Assembly: GCA_026025795.1 (NCBI GenBank)
Contig: JAPEUG010000008.1
Location: 1-64,000 of the forward strand
Direction of reading: 5' to 3'
Source of the DNA: Thelocarpon superellum
Taxonomy: Eukaryota
DNA: 64,000 nucleotides
In this document: one piece after another, positions 1 to 9,415 of the stretch
Layout: the number at the start of each line of letters is the position of its first letter
How positions within the stretch are numbered: the first letter of the stretch is position 1
Made by a program: the position numbers and the translations under genes
Notes under the pieces: generated by a model
What the model was told of the DNA's origin: nothing
Seen by the model: the letters and a program-made list of their open reading frames with translations, nothing else
The model's database searches: none

Positions 1-564
1 CTGGAGGCACACGGACCATTCCGGCCGTCGCGCATGCACGGCTGCGGTCGTGGCCCGCGAAGCCGCCTTTGCACGCGTGGTGGGGCGATCGCTCCAGAGT
101 ACGCAGGGCCAGATTAAGCCCGCCTATGACTACTGCGGGTGGTGTGGATGGCTGATGGTACCTGGACCACATGGCAAGCTCGCCAACGCCGAGGAATTTC
201 TTGGGTTCTAGTAATTAGCCAGCGAAATCTGTCAACTAGACTGAATTCTGTCTGTCAGGCATGTCCGGGTCACAGGCGAGCAAGGAAGACGGGTTCATCC
301 ACAGCATCTTTTGCTTGCTCCAAGGTACAACCAGGAGTTCACGACCTGATACCGCTTGGAATGCTGCTAGAGATGCGCGGTTGAAGGGTAGCATCGCCGG
401 GGCCCACCTTAGCTGGTGCGCGTACTAGTCCTCGGAGCACGGGAACATGACCAAGCGCTTGCAAGGATTACCACGTTCTTGCACGGTACCTACTAGTGCT
501 GGTAGCGGAATAAATTACCATTTTTTACGTAAGTGTATTAAACGTGTTTAATATGACACCAAAT

Positions 565-741
565 TGTCATGGTTCCGCAACGATCGTCACGTCTGTGACG
601 TTCTTTTAGGGCTAAGGTTGTTGTGTATTTGTCTGATTGATTGATTCTAGCTACGTGGGGAATCCTGCGATACGTATGGTATGTGGTGTACCACGTGACT
701 GAATGAGTCACGTGACGTCATTGACGCCATACGTTGTGACA
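565..741 (-). repeat. 3' LTR of the Ty3/Gypsy element
   Basis: TGTCATGG...TGTGACA; matches 8753-8929 except at 9 positions. Confidence 0.97.
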
Positions 742-840
742 GTGCCCACAACAAGAGGAAAAGGGTGCAGCCCTCTGCGCCATCGGGAGCGCCCACGTTC
801 CAACCTCCGCCTCCGTATCAACAGCCAACCTCGTGAGTCT

Positions 841-976
841 GTCGTACCCGCGCGTCGGGTATTCGCCTGGTTGTCGTCGTACCCGTGCGTCGGGTATTCG
901 CCTGGTTGTCGTCGTACCCGCGCGTTGGGTATTCGCCTGGTTGTTGTCGTACCCGCGCGTCGGGTATTCGCCTGGT
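841..976. repeat. Tandem array of ~3.9 x 35-bp units, each with an internal palindrome TACCCG-N5-CGGGTA
   Basis: Unit GTCGTACCCGCGCGTCGGGTATTCGCCTGGTTGTC starts at 841, 876, 911 and 946; the only variants are C>T at CpG. Confidence 0.95.
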
Positions 977-982
977 ATCGAG

Positions 983-1963
983 CTAAAGGACGTTGAAGTC
1001 CATCTTAACCTTCTTGCGTGGGGCGTTGGGGTTGTGCTTGTAATGGTTCGCTTTGACGATGAGGGCTTCGATTGTGGTATCGAGCGTGTCTTTTGTGAAC
1101 AGGTCGTCTTCGTTGTCAACCGTCAGCCGAGCGAGCGAAAGGACAAGCTCTCGCCCTCCAGGCGACAACCACTTCCCAGTGTCATTAAAGGCACACTGGG
1201 CCACAATTGTCACCTCCCATCTAATGCGCTCCTTCTTCCAATTTTTCAGCAAGACGTTCGCGTCGTCAAGCACCTTGTCGAGCTCGTCACATGCGTCGGA
1301 CTCTGTCAAATGTCGCCAGATGATCGCCTCGTCGGTCGTGATCTTATACCCTTCGCTCACCAGTACAGCTTTGACCAGCTTGTTGTTAGAATCGAAGGAC
1401 GATGCTGCCCAGTACACTGGGCAGTTGCTGATGAAGTCAGTGCCATCGATCGTCGTGCCGACAATGACATGGATTTCTGGGTTTGGCGGCGATTGCGATG
1501 GTCCATCTTTCGACAGGGACAGGCTCGACGTTGACGTAATTTGGACCTGGAACTGTGGTGGCATGTTTGATGTGAAGTAGGCTTTAGTTGCATCAGCTTC
1601 ATTGTCGTCGTCGTCGTCATTGTCGTCGTCCGCATGACGTTTCTCAGCTGATCCCTCGTCCGTGTCCTGGATGACGATGGGAGTGCCGGCGACAGGCGCG
1701 TTGACGGTGACAGCGGGAGTAGATGGTTTGTTGATTGCTGGGGCGTTTGAGGAAGTGCCAGTGGTGGGCGGATTGACCGCTGTGGGGGCAACGTTATCTG
1801 TCAGGATATTGACTGCTGCCCATCCTGGATTGGCCATGGCGTGGATTGTTTTGCAGTCGGGACACGCCTGGAAGTGACGGTTGATCTGGTTGAAGATGCT
1901 GTGGCAGTTGGCACAGATAATCGTCCCTGGGTCGCCTGGCATGTGCTTCGCTCGCTTTCCCAT
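983..1963 (-). CDS. Extra ORF inside the retrotransposon, 326-aa protein of unknown function (Cys/His Zn-finger-like motif, acidic tract, putative NLS)
   Basis: Uninterrupted ATG-to-TAG ORF between the pol stop and the 3' LTR, on the same strand as pol; CANC-x9-H-x3-CPDC motif; DDDNDDDDDNE tract; C-terminal PRKKVK. Confidence 0.7.
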   Translation of the reverse strand: MGKRAKHMPGDPGTIICANCHSIFNQINRHFQACPDCKTIHAMANPGWAAVNILTDNVAPTAVNPPTTGTSSNAPAINKPSTPAVTVNAPVAGTPIVIQDTDEGSAEKRHADDDNDDDDDNEADATKAYFTSNMPPQFQVQITSTSSLSLSKDGPSQSPPNPEIHVIVGTTIDGTDFISNCPVYWAASSFDSNNKLVKAVLVSEGYKITTDEAIIWRHLTESDACDELDKVLDDANVLLKNWKKERIRWEVTIVAQCAFNDTGKWLSPGGRELVLSLARLTVDNEDDLFTKDTLDTTIEALIVKANHYKHNPNAPRKKVKMDFNVL

Positions 1964-2274
1964 GACGATGAAGTGAGCTGAAGCTGAAAGCGTGGGACGA
2001 CAGTCACAAGTGAGGTGAAGCTGAAGTGAGCTGAAGCTGAACGAAGATTGTGAGCTTTATCGCTGTGCGACAACAGTCGCAAGTGAGCTGAACGTGCTGA
2101 TTGATCCCAGGTGGCGCTGTGAAGCGCACAAGCCGGGTGGTGTAGGAAGAAGGAAGGAAGAGAGCTTGTGGGAATGGAAGAAGTGGGCTATAGGCAGCCG
2201 TTGCGAGAGAAAAATGCAGGAGGCGGGTGATAGGTGAATGATGCCAAGCGAGCGAAGAGGTGAATATTCTTAAC

Positions 2275-5200
2275 TCAGGAGCCGGTTGTTGACTTCGATT
2301 GTTCGAAGTCCTCAATCGCCTTGGTCGCTGTTGATAGGTCTTTGACGTTGTACCACGTATCGAATTCCAGGCTGTAGCCTTTCCATCGAACGAGGTAGGA
2401 CGTCATCAGTCCTCGTCCTTGTCGAGACGTTCTCTTGTCGAGGATTTGTTCGATTTTGTAACTGTCGTCGCCTCCGTCTTCCATTTCGACAGCAGGAGGG
2501 TGAGATGGTCGCTTGCGATCAAATGGGTTGTCAGCGGGGTTTGTTGCTGGCTCCAGGCTGGCGATGCTTATGACTGGATGGACTCGCCAGTGGGGAGGAA
2601 GATCTAGTCGATACGCTAGTCGTCCCACCTTTTCGATGACCTTGAACGGCCTGGCGAATTGTTGTGACGTCTTCGGGTGTTTGACACTTGGGAGCGAATA
2701 TCCCTTGTGGAGTCGTAGATTGACGTAGTCGCCAGCTTTGAGAAACATCGCTGTGTGGCGACAGTTGTAGTGATGCTTTGCCTCGAGTGACGCGAACGCC
2801 AGGGCGTCTCTGATGTCCTGGTGGCGCGTTTTTGCTTCGTCCGGCTGCTGGTTGCTCCAAGTGTCAAGAAGTGTCAGAGGATTCGCGGGCCTGAAGCCAT
2901 AAACCACTTCGTTTGGTGTCTTGCCAGTTGTGTTGATGTTCACAGCGTTGTTGAGCGTAGACTGGAGATGTGGTAACAGCGTTGGCCAGGCGGTTTTGTC
3001 GTCTACTGCAGCGAAGAGATATTGTAGTGCAATCTCTGTTGTTTGATTCGTCTGCTCCGATTGGCTGTCTGTCTGTGGGTGGTAGGCTGTCGAGTAGAGC
3101 AGGGAGATGCCCGCCTTGTTGAATATCGTCTGCCACATGTTGCTCAGGAACTTAGGGTCCTGGTCAGACAATATTACCAACGGCAGGCCCCAATCGGCTG
3201 TTGCGAGGCGATCGTACATTAGCGAAGCCCAGTCACTGGCGCTGTATGTTGTCTTGCCTGCGATGAACAAGACTCTCTTCGAGTATTTGTCAGTGACCAA
3301 CATGACGCAGTCATACCCTTCAATCAACGTTGGAAGAGCGAGGATGTAGTCGATTGTCATGGTTTGGAACAGCTGCGACAGCGTGTATATGGGTTGTAAG
3401 GACCCATACAGACAGTGTCGTGGCGTTTTCATCATTTGGCATTGAGGGCAATGCCTTATGAACTCCGTTAGGTGTTTGGAGAGTCGATGGATGTAGAGGG
3501 ATTGGATGATGGCCTCATGAGTCCTGTGATATCCTGGGTGACTGGCGACGTTGTGGGCAAGGTGGAAGACATCTGCCACACAGCTTTTCGGGATGCAGAG
3601 GCGGTGTCGACTGTTGTCACCATCAGTGTGGAAGAGTAGATCTTCCTTCTTGCTGAATGGGAGATCAGCGGTGTTTTTGCCTAGGGCGTCGTTGCTGCTG
3701 ACGATGCTGAGGACGCGTGTCCAGTGTGGCTCTGCTTGGTAGCTGTCGACAAGACACTTTTTGAACTCGTCGTTCATCTTGACAAGTGTTGTGCAATAGA
3801 TGTGGGCCAAGAGGTCTTCCAAGGTGTTGTCGTTTGTCGTTGGCGCAGTGTTCTGCTCACGGCTTGCCAGGCAGGAGAGAGTGTCTGGGACAGCGTTTTC
3901 TTTGCCAGGCTTATGCCTGATGTTGAGGTTAAAGCACTGGAGGTATTCGGATGCCTGGACGAGACAGAGATTCAGCTTGTCAGTCGAGGACATTGATAGC
4001 GACATGCTGCGAGCGATGGACATCGTTGCGGAGTGATTGGTATAGATGATTGCTGGGCATTTGCAAGCTTCCAGGACATGTCTGATCTTCTTGACAGTCC
4101 AAACAAGCACTGCGACCTCAAGCTCGGTAGGCCAGTATTGTGTCTCAGTAGACAACAGCATCTTGCTGAGGAACAAGATTGGTTGAACTAACGTCTGGGG
4201 GGGAGGTGACTCGCTGGCTGGATACTTGCTGTCGTTGACGTGATACAGCATGGCACCAAATCCAAATGCCTTGGAAGTGTCGAGGTCGCAGAATAATTGT
4301 CGCTTGGGGTTGTGGTGAACAAGGATCAATGGCCTTGTGAACAATGACTGGAGATGATTAAATGTGTCCAGCTCCTGCGTTGTTGGGTTATTGACATCGA
4401 TGTGCTTGGTTGCACATCGTCAAGCGCCCTTATTCTTGTCTCGAACAGCCTGACCAAGCAATGTCTTGCATTCTTGAAGTGGCTTGACTATCGCTGTGTA
4501 GTATGGGATATACTGACACAGGTATCCTGTTATCCCTAGGTAGGACTCAAGCGCAGCAAGCATATAGGGAAATTGCAGTTGAGCGATCGCTTGCAGCTTG
4601 TTGTCAGCAGTTGACAGGCCTAGGGCATCAACCTGTTGGCTGAGGAGCTGTACTGAAGGATAGCTGATGAATGACTTCAAGGCGCTTAGGGAGATGCTGA
4701 ACTCAGTGAGAGCTGTTATCACTTGTTGTAGGTGATCTTTGTGCTCTCCAGCAGACAACAAGTGGATGACGATGTTGTCAATGTAGGCTCACACGAATTG
4801 TTGGAAGGGGTGTAGCACATTATCGATTTGTTGTTGGACATACAACAGAGAGTTTCGAAAGCCCATGACTGCAATGTTGAACACTTCTTGTCCTTGGTGT
4901 GAGACAACTGTGAGGCGATGGCAGTGCTTGGTTCTCACACACCATTGGTAGAAGAACGACACGCAGTCGACAGTTGAGATGTATTTTGCACCTTGTACCA
5001 AAGCGATGATGTCTTCCTGTGATAGAACTGGGTAGATGTCAGGCACTGTGATCTTATTCAGGGCGTGTATGTCAACAACGACTTGTCCCTTTCAGGTGCT
5101 GTTGACATTTCTCCACACCACGAAGCAGGGGAAAGAGAAGGGGGTACTCTCTGTCAACCACGATAGTTGTCCTTGTGCATGGAGCTTGTCGAATTCCCTG

Positions 5201-8200
5201 TCGACTTGATTGTGGTCTGCAGGTCCCAGGGGGTATACCTTGGCTGCACCTGGGCGATATGTCTCACGCCAGTTGTTGTAGAGAGGAATCGTCATCCAGT
5301 CCTCTTCAGGGATGTTCGCTGTGGTGTTGTAGTTGTCCTAGAGAGATAGGAAGTCATACACGACACTGGCGAATCTGGGGACATCTGTTGTTGTGTCATC
5401 GCTGTAGATTGTGACACTGTTGTCAAGCGTTGTTTGGAGGGAGGGCGATACAGTTGTTATGAACACGAGGCCAAGCACTGCCTTCTTGACAATTCCCCTT
5501 GATGAGGTTCGTGCCATCTCATGGAGATGGGGTGACACAAGGTAGCAGCTGTCTGTGTTGTATTCTGCGAGGGAGCCAAGCTTTGTGTGGCGACGAAGCG
5601 TGATAGGTTTGTTGTTGCTGTTAGCCACTTGCACATGGGACATATTGCAGTCCACGACATGTGTGTAGACAGCGACGTTGGCAATGTCCTTGAGCGACGT
5701 CGGCTCAAACAGGAGGTCTTGGTTGTCTGGAAGATGAGTGGGTCAGTTGACCTTGATCGTCACGACCGAGTTAGCAGCAATCTTGATGTCTTCTGAGGCA
5801 GAGATGTTATGGTGAAGCCTATTGTTCAACTTGGCTGTGATCTCGACTAGGACGACAAGCTTCTTGCAGCTATTGACGATGGCTGTTTGCGATGGTGTGT
5901 TGATGGTGATCCCTTCTGGCCTGAGTATGTCCACACCCATGAGCATCTTGGCTTGGAGGTCGTCGACAAGATGAAGTTCTCAATGGAGGACTGCTGTGGC
6001 TTGTGAACTGTCTGGAAGCTTCCTGTTGAGATGAATGTCGACTGTCGCATATTCTGACATATTGTGATGATTGGTGCTGATGCCTTGAACAGCAATTGGC
6101 GAGGGAGTGCAGAGTATGACAATGGAATGGTCTTGATCCTTGAGCCACTTGTGATCAACAAGCGACATGCTACATCCTGTGTCGATGCAGATTGGTTCTG
6201 CCTTGTTGGTATGGTTGATGGATGCCATTGCAGTGACATAGTGCTATGCGCAGAAGCTGTAGCTGTGACCCTGAAGGTCAGCGGTGTTGGATCAGACAAC
6301 TACAGGAGCAGGCTGATGGTCTGTGTCAGTGATTGGGGCAACAAGGGAAGACTTGACCTTGGTGTCAATAGCCTTGCACGATTTCGCACAGAGGTGCTGA
6401 TGGAGTGCGTTGTTCAATTGAAATGTCTCACAACATTGACAACAGCTGATTTGTTTGATGCTTACAACGTGGTTGGCATCAACTGTCAGTGGACCATACT
6501 CTTCTTCCTGATCAGGCTGATAGGGCTCATCCTGCTTGTCATTGTGAGCCTGAGGATCAGGATGCTGCTGGAAGTCGATGGGCTTGTCATAGGGCATCAT
6601 GTCTTGCTGAGACATTTCACAATTTCCAGTGTTGTTGTATGGCACAACAGTGTCTGGTCGATAGTGGACAGAGTCGTCGTTCCCTGAGGCGTGATAGGCT
6701 TGTTGAGGACAGTTTGAGCCACAGAAGCAGCTCAACAAAGCATACATGCCTCTCAACAGGTGTTAATCATTCATCAGGCGCCAATCGTTTCCCAACATGA
6801 TTTGGAGAGGCACTTGAGGTGCAGGTAGCTGCGCCTGTTCGCTCGTCTGATATTGTTGACAATTAGCACCAGTCCTGTTGCTGCCTGTCCATGGTTCCTA
6901 CAACAACAACAAGGACTGCTGTCCTTGGTAGGACTGGAAAGGAGACGACCACTGGCCAGGCTGTTGCTGCCCTTGGTACAACAAGGAAGGAAACGACTGC
7001 TGGCTGTACTGCTGCTGTCCCTGGAAGGACGATGGAGAAGAACGATACTGAAAGGGTTGATAGGAGGGCCTATCCTGGAACTGCATGCGTCCTCTGCAGG
7101 GATCATACTGGGACTGACCTTGCTGTATCATCTGGCAAGGGCGAAAGTCGGTCTGGTATCGATTGCCATAGCTTGTTGCCTGTCAACTGTAGATGTCGAA
7201 CCAGATGTCCTTACGCTTGTTGACTTCCTCGATGAAGTCAGCAATCGTCGAGTGTTTGTTGGGCACATGGAGGTCGTGTCATAGCTCGCCATCCATGTGC
7301 TGATAAGCACTCATGACTTGGGTGTAGTCAGATGTCGCTGTTCCAGCGTTACACCTGTGGGTTATGATGGCTTGGATGAAGTCGCTTGGGTCACGCTGGA
7401 GGCGGGTGTCGTTAATCGTGTACCTGGCTCACTCGAGGGCAGTGAGCGACTTCGCTGGGGGATCACAGAAGCGTTGTTCAAGTGCCTTACACCATTCCTC
7501 TACTCTGTTGGTGTCCGCTTGTAGGCCAACACAACAGACATGATCGAGCTCCTCAGTGTACCACTTGTCTGCCTTGCCAAGGAGGCAAGTGTCGATATTC
7601 TGTTGAATGACAGTGGGGTCCATCGTTGTTGCCTTAATGCAGAGACGATTGGTGAAGCTGAAGACATTTTGATATGTCTGGTCGCAATCTTTGACAAGGA
7701 CGTCGTTGTGGGCGTCTGGCTTTGGATCAAAGTAGCCAATGTCCTTGGCTCTGAACACTGGCTGACCACCAGCTATCGTCTCGCTGTTGAGCCCTGGGGG
7801 TCCTGGTGGACCTGGTGGTCTGCAGGGTCCTTCATGGTTAACGCCTGCCAAGGCGTCATTGACAGCTCGATTGACAGTGTTGTTAACTGCAGAATCCATC
7901 ATGGCTTGAAACTGAGCCATGACTTCTGGGGTCATACCCCTGTTGTTCAGCATGGCGTCGTTCGTTGGAGAAGGCTGCGTTACCAGGGGAGGCTGCGAGA
8001 ATCCTCTGTGACATCATACAGGCTGAGGGGTGAAGCTGCTTGACAGCTCAGCCGTGGAGGGTCGCAGGACCTCTTGTGTTGTGGCCGACGACAGCGAGGA
8101 CGATGGTGGCTCTGTGGAGGTCTGGCGGGTGATAAGAGCCTGAAGAGACTCAGTTTGGTCCTTGAATCGTTGTAAGGCTTTGGCGAATTCCGAACGCTTG

Positions 8201-8412
8201 TCGGGCGTCACGTCAACTGGGAGCTTCGTCCAGGATGTCGGTGGTGGAGGCTCACAGGTGCGAGTGTTGTACACCTCTCGCACGAATCGAATCCGATCTA
8301 AGAGCTGTTGCTCGACGTTCCTGTTGCCGCTCAGAAGGAAGTTGTAAAGCTGATGCCTGAGGGTGATGATGCCTCTGGACAGTGGAGGAAGGGAGGTGTT
8401 GGCTGTTGTCAT
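2275..8412 (-). pseudogene. gag-pol polyprotein pseudogene (Gag, aspartic protease, RT, RNase H, integrase, chromodomain)
   Basis: All fragments (8014-8430, 7429-7953, 6898-7131, 6292-6756, 5980-6228, 5743-5946, 5338-5655, 5092-5295, 4789-5046, 4420-4761, 2275-4344) lie in one frame. Motifs: DIGYFDP (gag), CIDTGC (protease), AYIDNIVI (mutated YIDD), YWPTELEV (RNase H), H..HPG..CPQC and YHPQTDSQSE (integrase), YLVRWKGY (chromodomain). Confidence 0.95.
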
Positions 8413-8740
8413 AAGGGAGTAGAACGACAACGACGATCACAGGATGGTGTAACGCCAACGCTTACACTGGAGCGTAAGACTGCCTAATGGCGATGACAGG
8501 AGGAGGAGCGAGAGACAGGAGCGACACTGATCAAGCACAGACAAGCTTGACAATGAAGGGTGTCGGATGAGGAGGAGGAGATGATTGATGACAAGGATGA
8601 AGGTAAGGAGGGAGGTTGGGTGAAGCCAGAGGACTAGGATGGAGGTGTGGTTGGCTACACTTGACATGAGAGCCTGGTGATCGTTTGACAACAATCTGGT
8701 GCTTGCTGCAACGTGGATGGTTACAGCAGCTGGTTCAGGG

Positions 8741-8751
8741 TGTTGCTACCA
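8741..8751 (-). promoter_or_regulatory. Primer-binding site, probably for initiator tRNA-Met
   Basis: Minus strand reads TGGTAGCAACA starting 1 nt after the 5' LTR; TGGTAGC is how Ty1/Ty3 tRNAiMet PBSs begin. Confidence 0.65.
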
Positions 8752-8752
8752 T

Positions 8753-8929
8753 TGTCATGGTTCTGCAACGATTGTCACGTCTGTGACGTTCTTTTAGGGC
8801 TAAGGTTGTTGTGTATTTGTCTGATTGATTGATTCTAGCTATGTGGGGAATCCTGTGATATGTATGGTACATGGTGTACCACATGACTGAATGAGTCACG
8901 TGACGTCATTGACGCCATACATTGTGACA
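8753..8929 (-). repeat. 5' LTR of the Ty3/Gypsy element
   Basis: 177 bp, TG...CA, adjacent to the PBS and to TSD CAAAT. Confidence 0.97.
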
Positions 8930-9415
8930 CAAATAGTAAAAAACCCTATACAAAATATTCCCCATACAAAATGTATGGGGAATATTTAATTTGATATTTA
9001 TTGATATTTAGTCTTGATTTTTGGATTGACTATGGTGATAGGCAGGAATCGAACCATAGATGCTATAGAATAGAGTAGGATATCTTACTGTTGCACCATG
9101 TGGCTGCTGAGATCACATGTGGCTCAATGGAGGAACCATATTGCAGCAGAAGTAGCTCACTCTGTATTGACAGTGGGCCCTGAATTGCTAGGCCTACTAC
9201 TATCAGCACCTGTTCTACAATTTTTATATCAGAAACAACAACTCAGGAGCAGCTTGTAAGAGGTCTTGTATTGCTAGCTAGTTGTATAGTCTAGTCTAGT
9301 TGTCAGCGCTTCCTGGTGCAGCCAGAAGCTTGTAGTAGACCCCCCCCCTCCTCCTGTTCCAACTCAATCAACAAGCTGGTGAGAGAGTCAGAGAGCTGAG
9401 TCTCTTGCTGTTGAC

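Larger units (their letters stand above)
565..8929 (-). mobile_element. Full-length Ty3/Gypsy LTR retrotransposon (chromovirus) nested in the hAT element
   Basis: Two 177-bp direct repeats with TG...CA ends (565-741, 8753-8929); 5-bp TSD CAAAT at 560-564 and 8930-8934; internal order gag-protease-RT-RNaseH-integrase-chromodomain on the minus strand. Confidence 0.97.

Noticed and set aside
841..976. CRISPR array (palindromic ~35-bp repeats)
   Set aside because: Units are directly adjacent with no unique spacers, there are no cas genes, and the context is a eukaryotic retrotransposon.
983..1963. env-like gene
   Set aside because: No signal peptide or hydrophobic TM segment; features point to a soluble nuclear protein.
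9033..9106. Functional tRNA gene
   Set aside because: A/B boxes are present but the acceptor and T stems do not pair; kept only as a tRNA-like motif.
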